From the NCBI GenBank assembly GCA_964252035.1, contig CAXUOO010000164.1: DNA of 64,000 bases; one strand, given 5' to 3'. How positions within the stretch are numbered: position 1 is the first letter of the stretch; each line of letters opens with the position of its first letter. The notes beneath the pieces were generated by a model. It had not been told where the DNA came from and ran no database searches. It saw only the letters and a list, made by a program, of their open reading frames with translations. The stretch is from Podarcis erhardii (taxonomy: Eukaryota). Shown one piece after another: positions 51,621-64,000 of the stretch. The position numbers were made by a program, and so were the translations under genes.

Positions 51621-53232
51621 ATGATAATTGGTTGTCCATTGGAGATAAAGGTTGCCGAGGGACGCGTGGGACTTTCTCCTGGGGGCGTGTTGGAACTTGT
51701 CAAAGCTGGTTGCCACGTGCTGGTTCAACAGAATGCAGGGGTTAAAGCGGGTTTTTCAAACAGAGAGTACGCCACCAACGGTGCCGAGATTGTCGCTGCA
51801 GCTGAAGATATCTACGGACGTGCAGATCTTATTGTTAAGGTACGTTTTACCGTAGCGCTACTGCCAGTTTCATTCCGAATCATTTGGATTGTGCGGCGAG
51901 GTCATTCTGAAATGCTAAAACATGACCGCTGACTTTGTCCCGCATGAGATTTCTAACACTGAAATCCATTGTATTCTGAACACCTGTCGGATGCGAGGTT
52001 AAAAGAGACGATATTTTGTGAGATGAGGATGTAACGACACTGTGTGAGATGGTCAAGCTTCGATTAACTTTTCCCTTCTACTCGCAGTGAGCTTCTTTAA
52101 ATGTCGCTCTGTATTGCTAGTTTAAAGCCTTTTACTGCGCAGATGTGGTACGCTGATGCTCTATATGTATATAACACGCTAAAAACCCTCCTTGCAGGTT
52201 GCTGGAGTAATATTTGTGAAGAAAGACCACTATGGAATACTCAGACTTTTATATTTCTGTCGTTATTATTCTCACTGTTGCTTTGCTAAGGTAAAAGAGC
52301 CGCAATTTTGCGAGTGGTCTCTGGTTAGGCCGGGTCAAATTTTACTAGCTTTCTTTCATTTCTGCGCGGATGAGAATCTGACCAGAGCTATGCTCCGTAG
52401 CGGCGCTGTGTGTCTAGCGTACGAGACGGTGCAGGAAGGAAATCGTCTACCCCTGCTAGAGCCGATGTCGGAAATTGCTGGAAAGTTGTCAATCCAAGTT
52501 GGTATGCACTATCTCGAAACGCCTCGAGGAGGTACAGGCGTTTTGCTGGGTGGAGTTCCAGGCGTACCTCGAGGGCGGGTTTTGATTATCGGTGGAGGTG
52601 TTGTTGGTACTAGTGCTGCGCAAGTGGCAGCTGGAGTTGGGGCCGACGTATTAATCCTCGATAAAAGTGTCGAACGCTTGCGTTACCTTTCACAAATTCT
52701 ACCGGCGAATGTATCCACGCAGCTGTGTTGCGAGGAAACACTTGCTAAAGTGCTTCCATATTGTGACTTGCTAATTGGCGCTGTCTTGCTGCCGGGATGC
52801 AAGGCTCCAAAGATCATAAGAAGAGAGCATTTGGCCATTATGAAGCGTGGATCCGTTATTGTTGACGTCGCAGTTGATCATGGGGGTTGCGTTGAAACAT
52901 CGAAAGTTACGACGCACGAAAATCCAGTTTTCACAGTAGATGGCATCATTCATTACGGAGTCAGCAACATGCCTGGAGCCGTGGCTCATACCAGCACAAT
53001 TGCTATCACAAATGCAACGCTCCCGTATGTGCTGCAGGTGGCCCGTGATGGTTGGGAAGAAGCTTGCCGGGCTAACGTAGCGCTGATGAAAGGGGTGAAT
53101 GTTGCGAAAGGCAAAATTGTGTATGAGGGCGTTGCAAAAGCTTTCAATATGAAATTTTACCACCTTGATAAAGTTTTGCGACTCAAACCAAACGAGGAGG
53201 AAGAAGGCGGCTCAACAGGTTTGCCGAAATGA
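51621..53232 (+). CDS. ald: NAD-dependent L-alanine dehydrogenase (bacterial Ald type), 2 exons, 386 aa
   Basis: Exon 1 is 51621-51839 (MIIGCPLEIKVAEGRVGLSP..DLIVK), the intron is 51840-52290 (GTACGT..gctaAG), and exon 2 is 52291-53232. Exon 2 motifs: VKEPQ, AYETV, LPLLEPMSEIAGKLS, GVLLGGVPGV, IIGGGVVG (GxGxxG), GAVLLPG.KAP, VDVAVDHGGCVETS, HYGVSNMPGAV. Confidence 0.96.
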
Positions 53233-53380
53233 GCTTTTTGGCAAAGAAAAATTGTGTATGAGGGCGTTGCAAAAGCTTTCAATATGAAATTTTACCACCT
53301 TGATAAAGTTTTGCGCCTCAAACCAAAAGAGGAGGAAGAAGGCGGCTCAACAGGTTTGCCGAAATGAGCTTTTTGGCAAA
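53113..53380 (+). repeat. 2 x 134-bp tandem duplication of the ald 3' end including the stop codon
   Basis: 53113-53246 is repeated at 53247-53380. Two substitutions are visible (GCGACTC/GCGCCTC; AAACGAG/AAAAGAG). Confidence 0.95.
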
Positions 53381-56282
53381 GAAGTCTTGCTGAGCAGGAG
53401 TCTAAGTTACAAAAAAACAAGAAAATCATTGACGCATCCTGAATTTTGAAGAGGAGCTGTACGCGCATGTCAACTTCGAGGAAATAAACTGGCATTAAGC
53501 AGTCACTGGAAGTTACCACACCTGCAAACTTTCAATCAATTATCGAATGTCATTGCTAGTCAAGCGATTAAGCTTGAGAGCGGGTTTTCTTCGATGCGGG
53601 CATCATTACAACGTTGTGTTATGTGCTAATTCTTCAGCAGTTGAAAAATTCCATTGCCAGATTACTGAGCAGCAGCGGACGAGCAGCAATACTTAATCAC
53701 ACGTACTTAAGTCGATGCTTCAAGCACAAAGTCTGCGGTGGAAAATACAGACTTCTATTGTCACCCACAAAAATAAAAAACGCCGCCTACCAAAACGCGC
53801 CGTTAAACAGTGCTCTTCACGCCAACTTAGATCGATGATAAGAATTGTGATATGATGTTTGATATCTTGGCTCATCTAGCCGGCGCGCTGAAAGCCGACA
53901 CTTCAGCGTGTACGCCCATGCCTTTCGATTCCTCCGCAGACTTTGTGAACAACGCATACAGAGTTGCGGTCAAATCTTACACCTTACATTTGAGTCTGAT
54001 GATAAAATATATGTAGATATAATGTACACATGCATACATATATGTATATATATATATATATACATAAGTATATGAATATATATGTTGTAATTTGTTCTTC
54101 AGTAGAAGAGTCTCTAAATATATATATATGCATACAGAAACGCACCCGTATACGAAGGAGTATCTATGCAGCCGTAGTCTAATGAATTGAGCGGTCAGCA
54201 TGTGAGCATAAATGCACGAATACGCGCCGGCAAATTTTTCAGAAGCCCACTGAAATCTCGCACCACATATTTGTATAGTGGGAATATTTAGAATTAGAAA
54301 AAGGACAATGTGTTAAATCAATGTTCAAGTATCTATAGAAAAAGGTAAGCTTGTTGTACAATGCTGTAATATCAGGAACGTCTAATTCTTAAAATTTGTA
54401 ACGAGCTTTTGACGGTTGAATGCGTATCATTTTGAGTGCAGCTTACTCAAGGTAGAGCTAGCCATTGATAAGTTCTACTTGTTGCTTATACAACTGTGTG
54501 GGCAGAAAATCACATATTCCACCTTTTCAAAACAACTGCAAAGCGCATTAACAAGGATGCATTATCGCACACCAAATAGATTTGACTTCGCTTGTTGAAG
54601 CTGTGTGGGAAAGAAAGCAGCAGCAAATTCTTTAATAAAGAAGCAGCCTTTTATCTGACTGTGCCGCGTAAGCACCGTGTAGCACGTCCCTGCAGAATGG
54701 AGGCATATATATGCATAGATATATATGTATACAAATACTTAAAGCGTCACTTATCACTTGCATTCGTGAAATCCTTGCTGTTCCAATCGATGCATTCAGA
54801 TGCTACTTGAAAAATCACTAATGCTAAGAGGGCGTTGCACTTCACCCTTCAAAGTTTTTCATAGTCCTTTAACAATGTCCTGCCCTTCAACTACTTCAGT
54901 ACGCACTATACATTGTACATGTGCATATCTGCTTAAGCTAAGCGTACATGATTATGGGCATCCTTAATTGGAAGTGTCCTTTTGATTACAAAAGCGAAAA
55001 CGTGGAATTATTCCAAAACGTTCACGAGGGACAACCCTGCATCTCTGTAATAGGCATATGGTGTTCCGTCCTACTGTGAAACCAAACGGAGCTGAATTTT
55101 TTCTCTACTACATACCTTACTTTTATCGCTACCACTACGCATACTTCGGCACATAGATTCTGTGGGACCGTGCGTCGCAGAGCGTGATATGTGTGTCTTT
55201 CGTATTCTTATAGGCACATGCGTATATATATATATATATATCTATATATATATGCATAAATGTAACCGCCTCCAGTGACTTGAGAGGGAAAAGTTATGAG
55301 CATCTGATATCAAAACTGATATTGGGAAGCAGCCACCTGCTCAATGCATATGCTGCTTTTCGAGCATATATATTTGTCGTACCATTAAGGAGATGAAGGA
55401 GGCTTCCATACGAACATATATGCGAATATTAAATGGCAAATTTATGCACGATACCCATATACAGTATATGTAGACAGGAAAGTGTGCAAAACATGATAAT
55501 GAAATTCTAAAGTTCGGTAAGAACTATTGATGCCATTTTTTGTAAATATGAAAGAGGAGCCGAAATAAATCGCCACGCGGTTTAGCATGTAAGAAAACAG
55601 AGAGCGGCTTTTTCGAAAATAACGTTAGGATAGAAGAAACCAAAGAAAATATGCTGATATGAATGGCAAGAGCTCACCCCCATCCTTTCACACTTATCTT
55701 CCTCAAAGTAAACCATGTTCAATCGTTTTTAATATGTTGCATTAGACGGCTGAAGCAACAGCAGCTGCTGTAACAGTGTATTCAATGTATCCTCATCCCA
55801 GTGGTCGTCGGACCAACACCTAATTTTTGCGACATAGACGAACACACGTACACCACACATTTATAAATATATAATCAAAACAGGTATGCTAGGCCCATAG
55901 ATATATATATATATATATATATATGCGCTTGTCAACGTGTATATGTAGAGAGTTCACTTGTCAGCGTCTGCTACCATATGCGGAGACACCCGCCAGTGGG
56001 ATATGATCATTTTATGAGTGAAGCTGCGTAACAGAACAGCAGCGCAAAACTAATGTTTGTTTGCAACTTTTCACAAGAGCGCAGAGAAAAAAGTAAACCT
56101 ACACAGACATCTACGCCATTGTGTACTAGGGCTGCAGCCCAACGTTTTGAAGATGTCCTTTTCGAATAGCAAGTCCAGCAGTAGAGCAAACTTTTTGGTA
56201 AGATCCTTTGAATTGAATTTCGTCGACACTTGTGTAATTCTAATAGCAAAATCTCTGCCTTCCCGAAAAATCAAAACATCTT

Positions 56283-56366
56283 TCACTTTTTCTTGGAATT
56301 CCTGTCACTGCCGCCGCGCGTTGGCACCAGTGCCTCGACGTCATAATCTTCTTGTTCACCTTCACT
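56283..56366 (-). CDS. Candidate terminal exon of the right-edge gene
   Basis: ttttgcttAG acceptor followed by SEGEQEDYDVEALVPTRGGSDRNSKKK*. The link to upstream exons was not established. Confidence 0.3.
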   Translation of the reverse strand, partial: SEGEQEDYDVEALVPTRGGSDRNSKKK

Positions 56367-57867
56367 CTAAGCAAAAGGAGAATCACTCACATTGAATTCA
56401 CTGACATAACTGCGTTGCAGTTGAAAGTTGGTTAAGTCTTTATGTACCAGTTAGAACCAAGAGTTTTTCGAGAATACACACACTCGGCAACTTCGACTCT
56501 CATAATATACACATATATAAATTGGGGGAAGAGATAAGTCAATAACTAGCGTCAGCTGTTACTATGAATTACTTTTTTCCATAAATATATAAACCAAAAT
56601 GTTGACGTTGGAGAATATAACATTTTTATAACTGTCAATGTCGTCTGACTTCACATTCATTTTAGAACATCTCTAGCCTTTGACAAAAAATCGTACTTCA
56701 ACTGTTCAATTGCGACTCTGACTTCTGAAGTGTGTAGAAACGCTATAGAGACATGTCAAAGAAATTAGCAAGATTGTATTCGAGATGTAAACGTTTCTGC
56801 TCCTCCGACTTGGCTGCTGCAGTGTTGCTATAGTATTTGTACATGGTTCGTTATGTAAATGTATCAATTCTTCATATGTTTTCTTTCGTTTTAACTCTAC
56901 TTCTCTGGAAAGAATGCAAAGGTCAAAATCTATATAGTTCACGAACACGTAGTATCAGCGTAAAGGATAATATACATACCAAGTAAGCAGATGAATAATA
57001 TCATGTATATATATATATATATATATACATATATATATCCAAAATGCAAGCTGAAAATCTATAGATGTAAATGTATACGTTAGGACATGCTGTGCGCACG
57101 TGTGTTTCTAGAATACCTCTTCCCCATTTGTTCCGGATATCATATTCTGGAGCCATAGACACCATGCGTGCACCTGAAACAACATACCAAGGTAATAAAA
57201 AAAGAGCACGAAGGAATCTAATACGTACAATGCACAATATGCAAATCATTCAGAACGAAAGTAACGATTTGCTCTTGCAAGAGCCGCCCTGAAAAACAAC
57301 AGATCTGATAGATTTTAAAGATTATCTCTTGACTTATTTTGATGTTTTGAGTGTACTTGGGGTGATAATAAATAACTAAATAAATATATATATATATAAT
57401 ATTTTCCATCCAAAGTATATCTGGTGTAGTTCACCATCAAATTCACAACAACACGAACGACAAACTGCACTTTCACTCAAAGTGATATACAGTCCAGCAA
57501 AACAGAAGTCGAAGCGAGAGTGTGACTACACATGTACTGATGTAAATACAATTGTGAAACAATGTGTCTCGGTGGCGGAGTACCCAGCAGCCTGTTCAGC
57601 TGTTATGAAGAAAAATTGTAGCTCCAGTACTACTCACTAAATCACATCATTTAGAACATCACATATTCGATTCTCAGCAAAAAGTGTTCATGTTTATGTA
57701 TTCTTTGTAATGCAGGCGTTAACGGTTGAGAATGAGAATGCGATATAAATATATATATATGTATATGGTTTTCTACATGTATACATCTATGAATTTGGTC
57801 CAGGTCGCCAGCCCATATTTCGTTCTAACTGATAAGGTACTAGAAAAGACCGCTAAACTGTACGGTG

Positions 57868-57985
57868 CAGAAAATGTTGTAACAGAGGAACTTCTGCAGA
57901 AACACAGTAGCTATACCTGGTCGGCACAGAAAATGTTGTAACAGAGGAACTTCTGCAGAAACACAGTAGCTATACCTGGTCGGCA
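57868..57985. repeat. 2 x 59-bp perfect tandem duplication
   Basis: CAGAAAATGTTGTAACAGAGGAACTTCTGCAGAAACACAGTAGCTATACCTGGTCGGCA at 57868 and 57927. Confidence 0.92.
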
Positions 57986-58285
57986 AATAGTTCTGGATAC
58001 CCACAAACCGCAATACAAAATGTTCGACAGAAATAGTACAACTAAAGGAAAGAGGAAAACATATGGATAGAAATTTGTATATTCTGAAGCTGCAAAGGAA
58101 GATTAATATCTAGCGGCAGTTGTAAAAAGAATGTGGAACGTTATAATGAAGCTAGGACGCAAGATTGGAACAATTGCCTGCCCTTTTTGATCGTATAACA
58201 ATCAATTGATAGTGAATAGAGCAACGGCGCAGAAGTTCAAAAAAACAGTAGAAAACGAAAAATATAACCACTATATTGAATGTTG

Positions 58286-58316
<31 letters not shown>

Positions 58317-59008
58317 CTTACTAATATACTACACATGTACGCCCACACGTATTCGCATAATGCTCCCTCTCTACTTCTTAAATGCAAGTCTCGGTTATAT
58401 ATTCGATGGAGTGAAAGAAAAGGAATGAAAGCGACAACACGTGTGTACGTGAAAAAATATATCAAGTGAATGGATATCCCTTCGCTGTCGAGTCTGCCTT
58501 TGCTGCCCGCCTCTCTTCAAGCGAGAGCCTAAATCGACTCGTTAAATCAATAGTAAAGATATTTCATTGTTACGCGGCATCGTAGCGTTTTACTCGAAAC
58601 AGCAACTTTTCTGCTGCGGCGAGATCGCCCACGGCGTACGGCTTTGATGCGCGCGTGTAAAAAATAGGAACATTTGCCTTGAAGTATTTTACTGCGTAGA
58701 CACAGGTATGTTATATGCGTAGAAAATGTATATTTACTCATCGAGTATAGAAACATATTTTATGTCGAGATACAATTTTACTAAAAAACTGGTTTGTTCA
58801 GCTAAATCTCACCCAGTCAGTGAATGCGCCTAACAATTACAAGTTTGCGTAGATACCCATTTTGGCTCGCTTTCTATGACTTTACTCCCAAAGAAAATCT
58901 ACGCTATAGATATATATTTATTTTTGCATACGTTATAACTATCTCTATATTTATATCTATATCTATATATAGATATAGATATATTATAATTTTTTCTCTC
59001 GCTCTTTC

Positions 59009-59041
<33 letters not shown>

Positions 59042-59418
59042 CATACTTAGAAAGTCTATGTGTATATGTATTTACACATTACTATATATATATACTTCTG
59101 TTGAATAAAGAATTCAGTGAACGTGCACATTGATAACGGTATTTCCAAACACACACAATGTTTGTGTCCTTGAGCTATCGAGCTACACACAAAAACATAT
59201 CACGATACACAAATATATATATATATGTATATGTATACGCACACAGGTATATTGGCTTGTGTACATATATATGCTTATACACGTGTGTGTGTAAATGTTC
59301 ATATCAAACATATGCGTAGACATACGTGTAAGACCAGCGTACTTAATAAACGCCTCGACTTCGTACATGCGAATACGTTACAATCACATCGGCATATTTG
59401 TATAAAAGTATAAATATA

Positions 59419-59451
<33 letters not shown>

Positions 59452-59592
59452 CTAGAAACTTTTGCGTCATGAACCCAAGAGCATCCGAGCCTCTCTACCA
59501 TTACCACTGCAGCATACAGAAACAATTTTTGCCCGCTTACTCGGTCACACGCATTTTTCAATAAGTATCTAGATAAATATACATATATACAC

Positions 59593-59627
<35 letters not shown>

Positions 59628-61308
59628 CATAGTGAGAGACAAAGATTACTTTACGTACCCGAATTTGATTTTCACGCCCGAACGTACTGTTCATCCATAT
59701 ACATATATATAGACACACACATACTTGATGTATGGATATATATATATATATATAATTGTAGAAATACATAGATACTAAAAGACACAGCTTTATTCATGTA
59801 ATAAATCTTTCTTTCGTATATATATATATATACATATACATATGCCACGCATATGGACTTTGCTGTATGAACGAAAATATAAAAATTTGATCCTTCAGCT
59901 TGCGATCGTCAGGCATCAACTACATTTATACACAGTACGACTTCTGACACATTGGCAAGAAAAAAGAGCTGAGTCCACACACATACGCAGGCGAGAGGAA
60001 TCAGACAGTCTCCCCAATAAACGCCCATGTAACGAGATCAACCCGAAGTAATTACATACACATACAGATGTTGTTTTGTTATATGACAAAATCCATACTG
60101 CCTATTGAGTTACGCGCACAGGTAGGACACAAAAGTGTCGGTGTGCTTGGTCGCTTCAATAACACATCGAATCATTATAAGTGCCGTCCGCTTGCTCTTT
60201 CCCTAATTTTTCCTCTATCAACACACATACATATAAAAGTAAATATATATATTTATGAAGGGAGAAACTTAGAGAACGAAAGATATTACACGTATATACA
60301 TATTATAATAGTTTTCAGTTACGTATACATATATATATATATATTTATATGTATTTAGGAAGAGAAAGACAGACAGACGTAAATCGATGTCGTAGCTCAA
60401 CCTGCACTGATATACTACTTCACACCCTTACTTGAAAAAGAACTTCTGTGCGTCCGTCGGATTCGTCCTGATCGTCATCGAACCACTGCATTTCAAGTAT
60501 ACGTTAACAGATAAATATATATATATATATGTTCATACAAGTTTCTGGACGTGTTCTGTTCACTTGCACGTATCTGTGGTATGTAGCCGCTCGTCTGGCT
60601 GCTGTGTACTTGTGCTGGAGCAGCAGCTCTGTAGAATTCTACGAGCAATGATAAGCGGAAGCCTGTACGAACCTATGACTAATATGGATGTATGAGTAAG
60701 CAATTATCCACACACATCTCAACACATGTAACAATGCTAGCATATGGGCGAAAAACAACCGTAAATATGTCTCACTTTGAGACCTGACTAGTCTGACAAC
60801 AAGGCTGGATAAATCATCTATGTAAAATACATACGTAATGAGGTATCTATTGTGCAAACGGATAGATTCACAGATATATAGTCGCAATCAAGAAAGTATA
60901 CAACCGCACACTGATCACATTTCCACACTATGTATAAAACCCAAGCAAACCAGTGTTTTTCCTACATATATATATATATATATGTATATATGCATATGTA
61001 TACACATTTGATATCTGATAAATGTAGAAGATATACAGTTTATCAAATCTGTTACACAGCATCGCACTCATACAGAGGCGCGCCCATAGAGACACGAAAA
61101 TAATCATGCTGGACAATAGGATATATAATTGACTACTGCTGTGACCGAGGACTATATATATATATACATATAATTATATAAGTACGCATATATATACGTT
61201 TACAGATAAATGTGTATGTATAGTCATTTATGCGCTAATCCGAATGTTCCCTTTTCAATAAGATGCATATATATAATAAATTCAAAAGGTAGATATTTTA
61301 TGGCGTAC

Positions 61309-61409
61309 TTCGAGAAAAGCCGAGGGAGGAAGAACTTCGGTTGCCACCATCGCATCCCAAAGAGCTTCGATTAACGAAGTCGAACTTGAAAGTCGCGGGC
61401 ACTTCACGG
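61309..61409 (-). CDS. Probable internal exon of the right-edge gene
   Basis: tttttcAG acceptor (61410-61412) and GTACGC donor flank an open frame VKCPRLSSSTSLIEALWDAMVATEVLPPSAFLE. Confidence 0.5.
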
Positions 61410-61742
61410 CTGAAAAAGATTGAAAATAACTACATAACTACATATATATATATATATATATTTATTTATTTGTCTAAGCCTGTACGTGTTGCGTTGCGCT
61501 GTAGCTGCATCAACACACATGTCTATCTACGTGCACACGGTAAGTTAAAACGCAGACCCTCATATATTATTATGCATAGGCATATACAGATCTACGTGTT
61601 GCTGCGGAAGTTGCCAGCGCCGCAAACATACGAAAACTCGTATAACCATTGATCAAGCACAATGGTTTTATAGTGATAGACACGCTAAAATCTGCTTGAA
61701 CCGGTATTGTGTAAATAGCTCGATTTCGCACAAAACGTAGGT

Positions 61743-61789
<47 letters not shown>

Positions 61790-62969
61790 CGCTCATAGAT
61801 TTGTGTACCATGCATACTCAAAAACGTACACAAAATCGAAGTGCATACTCAACAAAAAAAAGTAAAATACGTATTAATATGCATACATAGAAAAATGTAT
61901 AGTAGTTCGAAACCTCGTGTAATCACATTGTGAAAATATGATACGTATTATTTTTTATACGTACGGCATATCAAGTGTGAAAAGAGATTTTTTTGAAAGT
62001 TTTCCACAGCTGTATGTATATACTCAGACGTTCAAACATAGATGAGTCTCATGCAGGAACACATAATTATACATACATACACTCACAAAAAAGAAACATC
62101 CCAGTGGCGCTCAACGGTCCTTAAAAGTGAATTTTTTCTATATGGATAAATCTCTACTGAGGGTGGAGCATTCAATGCATACTAACATACGAGGTACATC
62201 CCGCAACGACCTTTATGAGTATGCACAACTTGTGGCTACGCAGGATTCTATGAACAGCAAACTCAAAGTAGTCCTACCTCATACACATGTTATATATATA
62301 TATATATATATATGTAGAAAATTATTACATCTTCGAAATCAAGAACACTAAGAAAGTGAATATCTTTACAAATGTTTGTGTGTATATCTGTGAAATCGGG
62401 AATCAAACGTATATACATATAGATATACCCCTCAAATTGTAGTCAGGAGCGTTATTAATTCCTCATCTCGTGGTGTAACCTGATACACTTATGAAAGAGA
62501 AGATTAAACACCAGCATCGATATCGCATATGCAAACGCAGATTCACTAGAATATATGTATAATATATATATATACATATATTCACGTAAGTATATATGTG
62601 TTTATATACTTATGCTTGTGGATTTATTCTCGACAATTCCGTATTCTTACAGACTTGTATATTTATATATATATATATGCATATTTATTTACGCACATAC
62701 CTGTACTAATGTTGTGTGACAGCGGACTGGCACCTCTATACGAATATGTGGATCAATGTAGTACACATATGTTTGGTGTACTACTCTATCTTTTTCAGTG
62801 TGCTCAAAGAAGCATGAATATCTAATACGAAGGAAATGCGTGGTCCGGCCGCGCCGTCACCACAGAAATATACATTGTGACTCCCTCTCTCTCTATATAC
62901 ATATGATACATATTATTATGTGTATGTATACAAGAGACGCGTATCCGTGCATTCTGCAGTTGCTGATAC

Positions 62970-63691
62970 CTTTGACAGCTCTGGCCATTTCTCGTATGAA
63001 AACGAGATTTTTATCCTCGACTTCACATTTCTCGAGTAACGCTTTCCACAGATCCTGCACCTTCTCCACTTCTTTTCTCACAGCTTCCAGGTCTCTGTGA
63101 GCTGCACTTCGTTTCATCACTGCTGCGGCGACTACCGTGCAGGGCACGATTCCTTTCAGCGTCTCCTCGGAAAAAAGGCCCTCGCCTTTTTCTTCCGCAC
63201 CCAAGACAGTCCCTACCAAGCACTCCCGCTGCTCCTGCTGTTGCGTGTGCTGCGGGTCTGCGTCGGAGAAATTGCGGAAGAACTCCTCAAGCACACACAC
63301 GAACTTCTTGACCTCTTCCTCGTCGTGTCTCCACATCTGCATTCGCCGCTGCTGCTGCAGCCGCAGCGCCTCCTGCTTCTCCTTCGCGCGCTCCGCTTCT
63401 TGTCGTTTCTTCGCTTCTTTCTTCCTCTCTGCCTCTCCTCCCCCTCCCTCTGCTCCTGCGGCTCCTGCTGCAGAGGGAGCAACTGCGCCACCACTACTGC
63501 TGCTGCTGCCACGCAACTGCTGTCCTACTGCAACTGCTCCTGAGTGGAAGAACCTGCGACTGCTGGCGCTTCCAGCTGGCGCTGCAGCAGCAGCAGCAGC
63601 CTGGAGAAAACGCTGCACATCTGAACAAGGCCCTCTGCTGCTGAGGCTGTTGCTGGTGGCTGCTGCTGTGAGCCCCCCCCCCCCGCCTGTC

Positions 63692-63723
<32 letters not shown>

Positions 63724-64000
63724 GTGTTGATGCAAGCGTCTCAACGTCGTGGAAGGCACGAATCTTCCATCCGCTGCCGCTGCCGCTGCTGCTCCCCCGC
63801 CCCCGCCCGCAGCAGCAGCTTCTCTCCGTGCACTGCCCAGTCGCAAAGGCTGAAGCTGCACAACTTTTTCTTCTCTCACTGACGAAACTGCAGCGCGAAT
63901 TCCACTCTTCTCCAGAGCTGCTGCTGCTGCTGCTGGCGCGCTCGCTGGAGAAACAACAGGCGCAGCAAATGCTGCTGCTGCTGCTTTGGGACTGCTCGCT
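62970..64000 (-). CDS. Large exon of a hypothetical protein (poly-A/Q/G, coiled-coil then helical region), probably entering from the right edge
   Basis: Track ORF 62893..63879 with poly-A/Q/G and EAERKKEAKKRQEAERAKEKQ, ending at a strong donor AAA G|GTATCA (GT at 62968-62969). Confidence 0.7.

Overview
Eukaryotic genomic DNA, most consistent with a coccidian apicomplexan of the Eimeriidae (Eimeria/Cyclospora-like). The evidence is CAG/GCT-rich exons encoding poly-Q/A/S, (TA)n-filled GT-AG introns and many small exons; the organism is inferred, not identified. Three spliced minus-strand genes were rebuilt by hand with consistent splice phases: a PH-domain CAMK-group kinase with a very long low-complexity tail (3575 to at least 17950), a 10-exon lipase maturation factor (LMF) gene of about 1042 aa (25771-36034), and a 5-exon MYG1-family gene (44057-46848). 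On the plus strand are a bacterial-type alanine dehydrogenase with one intron (51621-53232) and an intronless 655-aa orphan ORF (39183-41147). Low-complexity minus-strand genes run off both window edges. The most intriguing and least certain signal is a degenerate C-linker plus cyclic-nucleotide-binding-domain-like module just upstream of, and possibly spliced to, the PH-kinase. Other notable items are a 4-copy repeat whose units differ mainly in (TA)n length, an LMF with extra transmembrane segments and a charged tail, and several two-copy tandem duplications. No rRNA, tRNA, CRISPR array or transposon could be supported. All domain calls come from reading motifs by eye; no searches were run.
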